Of a stretch of DNA of 64,000 bases, positions 1 through 13,107 are shown piece by piece. The stretch's first letter is position 1. The number at the start of each line of letters is the position of its first letter. A program made the position numbers and the translations under genes. The notes beneath the pieces were generated by a model. It saw only the letters and a list, made by a program, of their open reading frames with translations. It was not told where the DNA came from and did no database searches. The DNA lies in NCBI GenBank assembly GCA_002189035.1, contig NEEC01000007.1, forward strand, positions 806,001-870,000, in the 5' to 3' direction. This stretch comes from Utricularia gibba. Its lineage: Eukaryota > Plantae > Magnoliophyta.

Positions 1-367
1 TAGTGAAGGAACAGAACCCATCAACCAGGACGCCCAACAGCAGATTAGTCTTCTGTAACTCGGTAAGTAGGCGACGGAGAGGCGGAATAGATCGAATAAG
101 GCCGCTAATAATTTTCGCCTCGAGAGAATCATATTCCTCGTCTTCTCCTTGTTCCTCCGCCGCGAGAACCACGGGATTAATTCTGGGAAGTCCCCTGATG
201 ACGGATTTTTTAGACTCCAGGGACGACTCCGTGGTGCCGGAGAAGATGATCGTGATGGTGAGGTCACTGTGGTTGTGGAGTAGTTTTCTGGCGAGCTCCA
301 CAAGGGGAATCACGTGACCCATTCCCGGCGATGACAGCATCACCACATGCGGCGGAGGTTGTTCCAT
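1..367 (-). CDS. UDP-glycosyltransferase, UGT72-like (hydroquinone glucosyltransferase-like); 5' part only, runs off the window edge
   Basis: Manual minus-strand translation from the ATG at 367: MEQPPPHVVMLSSPGMGHVIPLVELARKLLHNHSDLTITIIFSG...LGVLVDGFCSF. It has the catalytic His motif GMGHVIP and is clearly paralogous to the gene at 1875-3490. Confidence 0.9.
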   Translation of the reverse strand, partial: MEQPPPHVVMLSSPGMGHVIPLVELARKLLHNHSDLTITIIFSGTTESSLESKKSVIRGLPRINPVVLAAEEQGEDEEYDSLEAKIISGLIRSIPPLRRLLTELQKTNLLLGVLVDGFCSFT

Positions 368-1874
368 GGCGGTTCTCAAGATAGTTCTCTTACAACACAG
401 AATAGTTTTTTATACGGGTGGGAAGAACGGGAAAAATACTAAAAATTGTGGGCCAAATTTTACAACAATAATTAAAATTATATTATTTAAAAGAAAACAT
501 AAAAATAATATTATGGGCTCTGTAACAAACACGGTTTCATTTCACACCATCCCCTATGACACAAATATTATAATTACAAAAATAATTTCTCAACAAAAAA
601 AATCAAATAACAAAAAATCATTTGTACCTTCCACCATTTTATTACATAATATTATCCACTTTAATTACTAAATCCAAATAGTTTTACATTTTCAACTTTC
701 TAAAAAAAATATCATGAAAAATTATACTATTATTCTATTTAATCATGATATTTCATCCCTACGTAATTAATGTGAGATATCGTTACAATGATCTTGATCT
801 TACATCATTTCGTCTAAGATTATTTTCTATATGGGTTCTCGAAAAATAATAATCATTTCTAAAACTTTTCGAAAACAAATTCATTAATATGTAATAACAA
901 AATTGATTTGATATGAAAACAAGGCCGTTGAAAAACACTCACTACCAAGTCCGAAATTGGCCCACAACCCCCATCAATTGGAAACGGTGGTTCATTGATG
1001 AAAGGCAGTAATTTTCCACGCCTAGAACATACGCTATCCCTCCCTCCCTCGTAGCACAATTACACGACAGTTTCCATGTTAAAAATAAAAGGAAATCTCG
1101 CGGTTGCACAGACAAATTCGTCGGTTTCTGTCCTTGTCCATGTTTTGCTGTTTTTCTGGACCTCTGGCCCCTGGGATGGCGCCCCACCGCCGGATCATAC
1201 TATTGAAATAAATGGTTAGATGTATGAATGTATACATGAACAATAAAATTATATTAAAAAAGATTAGATATTATCTATTAATATTAATTCATAATTTTTT
1301 ATATACGTGATTATTTCAATTTTAAATACCGATTTAAAATCATTTGTTCGATATACCGTGGGTCTCATACTGTACAACAGAGAGTCGTGGCACCCCAGCG
1401 TTTCACACATTCTTATGACGTGGAGAGATACCAGAGGGGGTGGATGTGCCGCACCCTAAAACTCATCTACTCTCTCACATCTAAAATCAAAAATTTTATG
1501 ATAAATATTATTAATTTTTACATATTTATATGACCACGTGACTACATTTCTGAGCATACGTGTATCAGATGGCTAAACCTGGTGTGCCTTTTCTTGTTGG
1601 CTGACGCATGAACCCGATGCAAGAGATTGGACAGTTATCTGTCCAAACATGAATGCGCATATAACATTTTTTAAATATTATTGATCTGTAATTTTTTACA
1701 TAATTAATTAATTATTACTATAATAAATATTAGATTACAATATATGTGGCATGCTTAAAACCTAATTTAATGGCAGTCACTAGCATTTGAGAAAGATGGT
1801 CTGGTTCAAAGGACTCTTTGAGTTACTGAAGCAATTCAACATACGCACGTGTTTTTGAAGCTCAAACTCAGTGG

Positions 1875-3490
1875 TCACGCAGTGAGATGCCATTTCAGGG
1901 CGAGATAAGCAAGCGCTTTCGTGGATGAGCCATCTTCATTGATTGCGGACCTGCTCAGGTCCCTCAGTTTCTCCATGGTTCCCCTCATGGCATGCCCTTC
2001 TTCTTCTTTCATCAACCTGTTTGCTAAACTTTCGATCTCTTTGCTCTCTACGATGCCGTCTTCGTTCTCCTTCACTCTTAGAGCCACCTGCAGAAAGATT
2101 TCACGTTATAATTTATTTATTGGTTGATGTTACTGTGGTCATCTGTTTTATGGTCGCCAAGGGAAGGTCCCCACCTTGAGATCTTCACTGAGTATCGCTG
2201 CATTCATCTTCTGCTCTGCAAACAACGGCCATGCAATCAACGGGACGCCATGCAGGATGCTTTCTAACGTCGAGTTCCATCCGCAGTGAGTTAAAAAGCC
2301 ACCCACCGCCGGGTGCCTTAGGATTTCGACCTGCGGAGCCCAGTCACGGAGGACGAAGGCCCTGTCTTTTGTCCTCTCTATGAAGCCTTGGGGAAGATAA
2401 TCCGTACCATCTTCCATGTGGTTACCGTTTAAATATGCAGCACTTTTGTCTCCATCATCAGGTTTTCTGGCGACTAGAAGAAACCTTTCATGGCTGCATT
2501 CTAATCCGATGGCTAATTCCGTTAACTGACGAGTAGATAAGGTGCCCCCGCTGCCGAATGAAACAAAGATCACCGAGTTTGCAGGCTGGAGATCAAGCCA
2601 TTTCAGTGACATTGCTTGTGCGCCGCGAAGGGCGGTGGAAGCCTGCCGGACAAGTGGCCCGACACCGAACACCGGTGGGATATCTACATACCGGTGACAT
2701 AGCAAGGCGTTGAAGGAATGGGGCTCCAGCTCAAAGAAACTGTTGACTAGAATTCCATCCGCTAGCAAGTACTTTTCGATCATCTGAAGATGCATGCTAT
2801 GTGTCTCGACGCACCGATCCTGCATCGAATCTGGCAGATCGGAGATGTCCATCCTCGTAAACCCTGAAATGTCAAGATATGTTTAATCTACTGTTTCCTT
2901 AAATTCTAGAATTTGCTAGGCTACTAGCAAATGTGCATGTATAAATAGCACAGAAAAACAGGAAAAAGATGCAAAACCTGGGATCTTCAGAGGGCCTGGT
3001 AAATCTTTGAAATCACAATCGTGAGAGTGGCAGTGTTCCCGGAAATAGAAGCTCATAGACAGCGCCGCGGCGCCCGACGGGAAAAAGACATAGGCCGGAA
3101 TATGAAGCTCCTTAACCATTTCAAGAGTTGAGGAGCCAAAGAAATCAACCAAGAAAACCAATGCAGGATTAGTTTCCAACAACTCGACCAGCAAACTTCG
3201 GAGAAAGGGGATGCACGGATAAATCCTCCTATGATCTTCGCCGTCAGCGGCTCGTTGTCGTCGCTGCTGCCTTCGGTGGTAAGAGCAACTGTGTTGAGTT
3301 TAGGATGTGTCCAGTTGAAGCATCTTTGAGAGTCGAGAGACGACACGGTGTCACCAGAGACGATGAAGGTGATGGTGAGATTACTGTGGTCGTCGAGTAG
3401 TTTCTTGGCGAGCTCTACCATGGGAATCACGTGACCCATTCCCGGCGACGGTAGCATCACCATGCGCGGCGGCGGCCGAATTATGTCCAT
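1875..3490 (-). CDS. UDP-glycosyltransferase, UGT72-like; exons 3490-2978, 2863-2175, 2087-1875; apparent 1-nt deletion near 3212
   Basis: N-terminus MDIIRPPPRMVMLPSPGMGHVIP; complete PSPG box WAPQVEILRHPAVGGFLTHCGWNSTLESILHGVPLIAWPLFAEQ; two GT-AG introns in compatible phase. The frame switches at GCA-TC-CCC-TTT, and restoring one A gives RAIPFLRSLLVELL, matching RSIPPLRRLLTEL in the paralog. Confidence 0.9.
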
Positions 3491-6400
3491 CGCGGTTGCA
3501 GAGTTCTACTGGAGAAATGAAGAGGTATATGTCACGTTTACACATATATTCTAACAAATGATATATATTCCAAGGATCTTGAAAATGAATATCATACAAT
3601 TCATTTATATTTAAATTGTAAAAAATGATTTATTTATTAATAATTATAATTTATAACTTTAAAAAATAAAAAAATACCAATTATTTATATTAAATAAATT
3701 TATAAAATTATACTCTGTGTTATTACTATAATTTCAATAGATTTGTACTAAAATCAAAATTTAAATATACAATATTTTCATAATTTATTTGAAAAATATT
3801 CAAATAATTTGTAGCTATTATACCACACCAACTGCAGCGCAAAGTGGGCTATTAAGGCAAGTTGTCCACGCGCCACAGCCGGATACATGTGATAGTGATC
3901 ATACAAATAGGCTTTTACGGCCCAATTTCCTTTATTGGGCATGGGCTCCAACTCGCTTCTCAGAAACTGGGTTGCGACACCTAAGCCCAAATACGGTGAG
4001 GAAACCATAGTACGGAAACGTTTTGCATATTTTGCATGGTATAAACTTTATTACATAGTTCGTAATTAGATATATAATATTCGAGTTCCTGAAATATTTA
4101 AGAGAATTTTATTTATTTATAATTCTGAGGCCCATGAGACGTGGGCCTCCACCATTGGCAGGCTGGGTGATGGGTCTTCTGAAACATACCCTGTCCTGTC
4201 TCCATTTCTCCTTTGACCAAATCTTTGCCTTTATTTTGTATGTCCGAATCACCGCTGAAGAGGGCGGTGCACTTTTGGGAGCGTAATTAGGGTTTTGCAT
4301 GATTTGGGTACGAGAAAGGAGCAGCCCCAAAGCGGAAAGAGCATACGGCCTAAAGTGGTGGGTTTCGTGTAATCATGTGTTGGGGAGGTGATGGCTACCT
4401 GACGTGCCTTTTCTTGTTTTTTGAGCTGCGTGATTATGTATGTGAGGGCACCGCATCTCCATCCCTAGCGCATAACACACAAACAAAACAAAAGCCTGCT
4501 CGCAGATGCGACCATCGTTCTCCTCCAAGGGACAGCTGCTTATATGCAACAAACGCACCTGCGCCTGCACCCTCACCCATCTCGATCCCACAAGACCAAA
4601 CAAAACTCATCACCTACCACAACAATTACTGCCGCCCACCCACCCGGTGCCCTACTCACTCCTACGCCAAACCGGCCGGGAGCCGCCGGGGAGAATAAAT
4701 GGTAAACCAACTCAGGCACAAAAGCGTGTGTATTGAGTTTATATTGTAAAAGCTTTGCAAGTAAATTATCAGAGTTTTCGTGAAGAAGCAAGATAACAAG
4801 ATCAGCACCGGTAATCAATCTGCGCGACTCAGTGGGCCTCAACAGGTGGGGGGATTGTGGCTGCGGCGGTCGATCGGGAATTGGGGGCTTACGGGGTGAT
4901 ACGCCGGAGTTCTAAGCCACGTACTGTGGTAACTGATGATGGTTGTTATTATGTTGTTTTGCATGCAGAATTGAAGGGAGGAGGTGGTAAGTAAATCATT
5001 TGGCATTTAAGTTTAACTTGTGAGTGCATGACGTTTGAAGTTAGGAAGGAGAGAGGAGGGGTAGGGGGCCGAAGTAAATGCGGTGACGCCGCCGCATTGA
5101 TCATATTCTTGGCAGACACGGCAGAGAGCTACAGAGAGGAGTTAATGAAAACGCTCACACACCCATAGGGATGCGTGTGCGAAGAAACAAAATGAAAAAG
5201 AAAAAGGGGTAAAGGAAAAGAGAAAAGTGAGCTCAGCTGCGCAGGTTTTTCTGCAAATCAATCTGCGAGAGAGGTGATAAATAAGTGTAGTTGTCTGTAC
5301 AAATATGAGCCAATTCTGAGACGACAGCACATCATAGCCATAGGACCACTCCCCCCCATCCTTAATCCTTCATCCTTAGTTTTTAACACAACTCATTCCC
5401 GATCTGATACAAGCGTTTTTACTCACATGTTGTCTGTTCAATCTCACGTTTTTCATGTGTCCACTACCTACCGGAACCGGATTCGTCTCATTAAATCCAC
5501 AGCCTGCTTTCCCAAAGGGCGTCTCTAGTAGCCCACAGGCCACAAGTTGTGTGTTTTCGTGGCGTCTTGGTGCAGTGGATGCATCTTATCTCTTCCGGGT
5601 TCAAAAAAAACGTCTGCAAACTCTGCACCGTTACATCTACTGCACGGAAGCAGTGAATCCGACGGGTGACAGAAATAACAACTACAGAACAAGGGAAATA
5701 AGTCCATGACCTTTCTTTCAATGCGTTAACCGGAATCCAAATCTGGGGAAGTTATTCATCACATTCTCTCATGTGCCGTATCTGCCATTGCATTTACGTT
5801 CCAAAGTAACATTTTTTTTTTCACAGGAAGTAAAATTACATTCTCCCAGTAACTCTGCCTTTCTTTTCTACCCATGTTTCGTGATTTTTAACTGAAGATT
5901 TCAGGGCTAGGGGTTGGGGCTCATACATTCCAAGGACGAATATACCCACCCACCCCCGTTGTGTCCAAAAGCACCAGTGCTCAGAGCATTGACCCAAAAG
6001 ATTGACGATCAGTCTATTGAGAAAATTTCCTGTTTCAGAATCTCTGAATATTCATTTATTGTATATTTATTGAAATATAAAACTAAAAGGGGCGAGGCAC
6101 TAGCCCTTGACAGAGAAAAATGGTAGGGGAGTTTACCAGTTTGGGACAAGAGACAAGGACTTAATCACAGAGGGGATCCCCTGAGACGACAGTCAGCACC
6201 GGGAAAACTCCTTCCCGCCATTCCCCATTGTGTACCCAAAATTCATTACCTGCCTAACTAAGTCCAATAATATGTGTGAAAAATAATCATCCTATATGTA
6301 AAATTTTAATATTAATGTGTGAAAGAGAATATTAGCATGAGTAGTAGATGTGTCCAATCTCCTCAAACCCTAAACACAAGATCCTATTTTATAGACTGGT

Positions 6401-8517
6401 AATTATAGATTAATTACCAATAATTATATATTTACATTGGATTAGGGTTGAAGGGTTAGGAAACGTTGAAGTGGACAAGTGAAGTATAAGGGCTCAAGAG
6501 TGACACGATGAAGTTACATAAAGTAGACCGGACGGATGAGGTTCCTTAGTTAGGCTAAGGTTCGATGGTGCGATGAACCGACAGCTACTATTGCCTAATT
6601 TTGATTCTAAAAAGGGGAGGCGTTTTCCGCAAGTGTACTCAGTGTCGTTTATATGATTTTAATCACCCCATAATGACGATCATTATGTCCCATACCTAAT
6701 CACCGTAACGCTGCCCTAGTTCACATGGAAGTTCTGCTGAGTTGGGTTGGAAACATTGAATGCAGTGATCTCTAGGGGGGGCGCTGGTGCTGTCTCCCAA
6801 CCATAAACAATTGATGATAATCCAAACGTGATTGCGTTAGGTGGGTTGCACACTAACCTTGTGCTTATCTAATTAATGACCATGATTAGTTGGTGTCATT
6901 ACCATGATAAGTGTCTCACCTCCCATTTTGCTTCACATTCCACACCCCGTAGTAACTGTAGAACAACTTGACATCAAATGTTACAATTCACTTTTGACTA
7001 TAATGAAATTATTCATTTTGAACATTAATCCCTTACGCTTTTATATTCTTTTATTTCGAGAATAAGGATTCATGCAAGATTAATATGGTACTTCTATTTA
7101 AACACGTTCAATCTCCTGTCCAGAGGGGTTGGGATTAAGGGAGAGTAGGGTGGATTATGAGGCAAAAGAGCCTCAGATTGAGAGATTTGGTGTGTGTGTT
7201 TGTGTGTTGCATTTGGCACATGCGTTTGGTTTTGAAAAGTGGGTAGGTGTGATTGGAGTCCATTGAATGAAACTTTAATGATAAAATGCCAATTCATGTG
7301 ACTTGTGAGGGTGAATCTGCGTTTTGGAAATAGGAATGATGAGGAGCATCATTCCCGATACACCATGAGACGTATCTGCTGTCGCCACATGATGCTGCTC
7401 TTAGGTAACACAGACGCGACGCGACTACGAGTACCCATTTCGCTAACGAACTCCCCATCTCCTAAAATTTCTCTATTTGACATCCCACGATGCGCGCAAA
7501 TAGAGCAACCATGAGACACGTTTAGGAGGGGGCAGTAGACTCTTAAGAACGATGGGCGTTGCTGAACCCACAGGCTCATGAGAGATGCAGAAGTGGATCC
7601 CGCCAGGAGAACCATCTGGTTCATTTTCGCCAACTGTGGAGTTATTTCGAATGTTGGTTTAGTTGTACCAAAACCACGAAGCAAGTGGAAATGAACGTCA
7701 GAATGACAAGAAGAATTTTTGCTATGTATAAAATATTAGAACATTAAAAATATAATATCAGTATTTGAAATTGAAATAGTTATTTATAATATAATTTATG
7801 TTTTATGTGTACTTGAGGTTTATGTATATTTGTCTTATCAATCAAATACTAAATTTCAATATAAAATAACTTATACTTATGGAGATGTATTTTAAAATTA
7901 ATTTTATTATCACTTATAAATATTTATATTTCAAAATACTTCATCTTTTTTAACCATTTTTTAAAAAATCATTTAAATTAATTTGTTTATTTGATCGAGT
8001 GAGGATTTAGACCAATAGTCGATATTTTTTGTCATATTATATTAAAAAAGTGGCTACGTATATGACATAATATTCTTTTTTTATAATAAATTTCATAAAA
8101 ATATAATTAAATGTAAGATAAAAAAAATGAAGAATTAAATGATTTTATTTAAAGCGAAAATTAAAGTGGAAAAAAATAATTTGTATTTAGTGGCGAGTCA
8201 TGAGCCTTATGATTGGTGAATAATAATGTGGCAAATTATGATGAATAATATTAAAAATAACAATAAAAATAAAGCGTACGGGAAATGCAGGAAGAGGAGA
8301 AGAGAGGAGAGAGGTTGGGGTCATGGCATTTCATGGTTTCACCTAATGCCTAACTTCGCCAGTCACGTGACGAACGCACGTGGCATAGGAGCCGTACCGC
8401 AGTTGCCAAATCCGGGTATTTAATTTCAGAATAATAATAAACAAAGGAAGCCGATAAAATTCCAACTCTCAAATCCTCCTGATTTACTTAACTATTACAA
8501 TAGGATATTTTTCTTAA

Positions 8518-9518
8518 TTAGACGGAGAGAGGATCCGACCCGAAAACATCGTTGAAGTCCTGGAAAAAGTCGTCGGCCGGCCAGAGAAGAGCGGTGGAGC
8601 CGGGATCGGAGTTTGAACTGGTGAATAGCATCTCGTTGGAGATGTCCAAGGGGAAAAGTTCATCCGAGAAGCCCGTTTGATCAAGGAAATCGGGTAACAG
8701 AGGGGGTTCTCGATGTCGGCGAAAAGGTCTTCGATCGGAGGGAATATTGAGAAATTGTACAAACTTTCCGTTGGGCAAAAAGCGACGGGGGGGCAGGCGG
8801 CGTCCGTCGATGGGGATGCAAATTCCTGATGGGTTTGGGTGGAAGGTTCGGGTTCTGGTTCGGTTTCGGGCGAGATAAAGCGGAGCACGGAGCTGGGGGA
8901 CTTGACATTCGTTTGTGAGTCGTCGCCGGAGTTGTATCCGGAGTTCTTTTCGGTCTCCGGGTGTGGATTTGAGAAATTGGTGAGGGCGTCGGGGCCACGG
9001 AGTTGAATGGCGGCGTGATCGTAAACCATGGCGGCTTCTTCCGCAGTGTCGTATGTCCCGAGCCAGAGCCTCACGCGCTGCTGTGGGTCTCTAATCTCCG
9101 CCGCCCATTTCCCCCAAGGCCGCTGCCGCACCCCCCGAAACTTCTTGTTCACCAAATTACTCTCCTGGGCAACACGCACACTCTTCTTCCGCTTCTGCGC
9201 CGTCACCGCCGGCGGGAAACTCCTCGCCGCACCCTCAGAACAACCGCCAACACTCCTATCCTCCGACTGTATCCTCACTTCGTTCACATAGCGACGGACA
9301 CGGCGCCGTTTGACACGTAACCTGTCCTCCTCTGCCTCCTCATCACTGGAGGAGTCAGTAGCATCAGCGTCAGTCACAGAGAACCGTACAGTCCTTGCCC
9401 CAACCACCCCACCGGAATAATGGCTTTTCCGTTGGCACTCCGGCGGATGCACCCCAGCAAACACCGTGGTACGCGTCACGTGCTCACTAATTCTCACTTC
9501 TCCTTCGCAACAGACCAT
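8518..9518 (-). CDS. CRF: Cytokinin response factor (CRF1/CRF2-like AP2/ERF transcription factor), intronless; apparent 1-nt deletion in the G run at 8702-8706
   Basis: CRF domain [20 protein letters not shown]2 domain [19 protein letters not shown]...[12 protein letters not shown] and an SPSSVL motif. The typical C-terminus [16 protein letters not shown] lies in the adjacent frame (ORF 8518-8778). Confidence 0.92.
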
Positions 9519-9943
9519 GATTTCTGTTCCTCCGTGCTCTCAGATTCGCATTGAATGGGGAAAAAGCTCCAAGAGCGTGAAAGGGAAAGAAATGAAAAAA
9601 AGCAGAGAGATTCTTAACGAATAAAGAGAAAGGAAACCAAATCTTGGGTTATCAAGAAAGTTGTGACGAAAGGAAACACTTAAAGAGATGTGTTTCAGAG
9701 AACAAAACCTGAAACCAGGAACCAGAGGAAGAAGAAGACGATGGGGAAAAAGGTGAAATCACAGTTTTATAGTATGCAGATCGATTAAAGCCGCAGAAGC
9801 CCAGACGAGAAATGGAATAAAATGGGTGGGGAGCAAGTGAGCAAAATCCTTACCAGTCAACACTATTTTATAGGATCAGAGTTTCAGTAATTATTTACCT
9901 TAAAACACAATAATTACCTTGATTATAAATTAATTAACCACAC

Positions 9944-9956
9944 GCCGACACGTGGC
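9944..9956. promoter_or_regulatory. Overlapping DRE/CRT (GCCGAC) and ABRE/G-box (ACACGTGGC) about 430 bp upstream of the CRF start; a further palindrome GTCACGTGAC at 10048-10057
   Basis: Exact motif matches (cacgccgacacgtggcgc). Function is not tested. Confidence 0.45.
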
Positions 9957-11592
9957 GCAAAACATCATTCCCAATTCCTAACCGGCTACCGTCGGTCGTC
10001 CTTTTTTTTTGTACGCCTTTAATTGCTCTTGAAGTCTGCGAGTGAAAGTCACGTGACAAACGGAGTTGACCGATTCCGTTAAATCCCTCTCTTCCAATAT
10101 GTCTTTCTACATTTAAATTCAATATATTTGATGAATATTGTTTAATTGGCGTTTGATGGGTTTTTAATTTTAATTTTATTATATTTTTCACAGGGTATTC
10201 ACGATCCAAACACCTCAATTACATGCCACTATGCATATCATATAACATTAGCATGATCTATTTATTTAAGCACATTTATTATTTCATATGTATATGATGT
10301 AGTATATCAACACTAGTCCTCGGGATTTACATTCATATGGTTATGTAAAATTTTACTAAATATCTATCACCAACGGTTGAAACACAATTTTTGAACACTG
10401 ATTGGAGCGGGTCATCTATTGATCTTTGGGTTGAGTCATTTACATGTATTCACTCCAACCAACTTTGCAGCCATTTCCCAAATCATTAGCCCAATCATAG
10501 TCCTGTCACGCCATTGATGGGCGAGTAACTTGGTATGGTATTTGTGACGTGATGAAGTTTGATATAAAGGTGAGGCAATCAAGTTCCGGGATTAATGCCC
10601 CGAGGGGCACTTGTGTGCAACAACGTGTCTTCGCTATCGAAAAGACAAGCTTTCAACTTGTTACTAGGGTTAAAAAAAAAAACATACAACACCATTGCCA
10701 AGTTACCCGCCATGTCACAAGGTCGATATTGACGATCATCGGAGGCGATCTCCGATGGAGAATGTGTTACAAACAGTGGCTTATAAAGATAAGATGATTG
10801 AGTTTATAATAACAGACTGATTAGCTTAGTTTTATAACAGCTCATTATGATGCAAAACCACTCGCATGAGCCGATCGGGTCCAAATTTGAATCGATACCA
10901 CGATAGATTGGATATTTGAAGTTGTTAGTACAAAAAAAACTAATGTACATCTATTTTGATTGTGGTATAAATTGGAAATTTGGTCATATGTCAAATATTA
11001 TATGAGAAAAGTGATCATTCATAATGTAAGTTTTTTAATTTAATGTGATAAAATGCATGGATTATCACTTTTTAAAATAATTCTTGATCGTGGCCGTTGC
11101 TGAGCATTCTAACTCCAAAATGCATTGACTGAAAATAGCACTCCAAAACATGCACAAACTGGGAGCATGCGGGAGGAGAAAATAAAAATAAGGGTGTGGA
11201 ATTTAAATTTCGAATATTTGGGGGGTCACCTACCATAATTAGTTTAGGTGTTGGCAATAAATACCGGGAGCGGATGACATTCATGTATGCACCAAAATGT
11301 TGGCATTATTACATTTTCACCTTCCCATCCCTCCCCCTTCTTTCCTGATATTAAAATTTCGACCAACTTTTGGTCTGTGAGACTGCATCCGCAACCAGTG
11401 CATGCATCTCCACATTTTTTTATTTGCAAATAGCTACTGAGTTCCCTTTCACTATTTACTCTTTACACCAATTGTCCCCAAAACCATAAAATCCATAAAT
11501 ACCCCACATTCATTTTTCTTTTCTCACCTCTTCGATTTCACACGAAGCCCTCATGTGCAGTTTCATCTAGAAACTTGACCATCTTCTGATAT

Positions 11593-11698
11593 GTATGTTA
11601 AGAAATCGAACGTTACTTCTTGATCTTAATGTGGTAAGTTTTCATCTTGAAGTAACTCTATGTTAAAAAATCTAGCGTTACTTCTTGATCTTAATGTG
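11593..11698. repeat. Imperfect direct repeat, period about 65 bp, with an exact core CGTTACTTCTTGATCTTAATGTG
   Basis: The 23-nt core occurs at 11611-11633 and 11676-11698, preceded by TATGTTAAGAAATC and TATGTTAAAAAATC. Confidence 0.8.
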
Positions 11699-13107
11699 TT
11701 GACATCACAAAGGACTTGATCTAACAACAGCAAAAAAGAAAAGAAACAAAAAAAACATGAATCGGGTGATGGGGATGAAGGAGAATGGAGCAGAAATTGG
11801 TGGATGGGCGCAACAACGGAATTTATCGACGACCCGCCATTGAAATGGTGCAATCATCAGGAATTAAAAATGAGGGTGGGCGTTCCGTACAACACAGACG
11901 CATAGATGAAGCCTGGACCAAGGGCTGGTTGCTTCCCGTGAGCTTCCATTCTTCACTGCAGATACCCATTTTGCGGGTGGACATCAGGGGGGCAACACTA
12001 ACCTGCTGTCCATGTTTTATTACAGCATTACGACGACATTATTTTCGTCTAATTAAGTTTCCCATTAGATTAGTACTTAACTTTCTGCCTAAAAAAGTAT
12101 GGTCTGAAATCGGTGGTGAGACCGCCGGTTGGGGCGGTCGGAGGCCACCCCATCGGCGGTTACTAAAATAAAAACCAAGATAAGGGACTCAATGAGTGGC
12201 AGCTGAGCTGCTTCGAACCACCAAATCATGAAACAAAATATCTACCTTCATAAATTGCTCAATGGGGAAAAAAAAGATTGGTACGGAAATATGAATTATG
12301 GCATTTTTCATAATTTTAAAAATTAAACCCTAGTGCCTAAAGCAAGAATTGATTGCATCATTCAATCTCCCCCTCGCTCCATTTGAACCGTTCGGTGTCT
12401 ATTTTTCGCGTCCGGTATACCTATGTTTCTAATAATAAAAAATACCAAATTTTAGAATTTTTTTCCCCAAAAAACACTTTTTTGAGCTATTTTTTTGAGA
12501 ACATTACCGAAAAAAACTTTAAAAAACAATAATTTTAGAAATAAGTAAATTATATTCCATAATATTAAATATTACACATAAAATGAGAAATATATAAAAA
12601 TTGATAAATAGAGACAACAAGCATTATGAAAAAACTGTCGTATACCATCCATAACTGAGCCCAGGCCCGCTATGACTCCTACGGGCTACGATGCGTATAC
12701 ATATGTTGGGCTGAGAGCACCAATGGGCCCATGAAGAGTTTCTGCATTCATTCATCTTGGGTCCTCGGCCCAGAAGGTCGTAATCCTAATTTTTATTTTT
12801 AATAAAATATAAATTGGAAGTATATGTCGTCTTCATAATAAAAAAAAATTCTAAATTTCTATTTTTTTCAAAGATAATGATCTTTTATTATTACTTTTTT
12901 TTACTTCTGCACCCAATGATGCTCTTGTAAAATTTTAGTTCAGGGAAAGGTGATACGAGAAATGTGGACATGAGTTAGTTAATATTGTGAGCCACCAACC
13001 GGTCGTCTTGTCCGGCATGGAATGAGGGCAAGTTGTGGAAGACTATTTTCACTCGAAATAGAAGAAGTGGAGGGTGGGTTTTTTCCTACTTATTGATGGA
13101 GGAATGA

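Noticed and set aside
6126-6620. LTR-like segment (TG...CA ends, CTATAAAATAG box on the minus strand, purine tract nearby)
   Set aside because: No target-site duplication, second LTR, PBS or coding remnant could be verified; at most a degraded repeat.
7333-7355. Perfect 9-bp hairpin GGAATGATG-AGGAG-CATCATTCC
   Set aside because: Too short and isolated to imply function.
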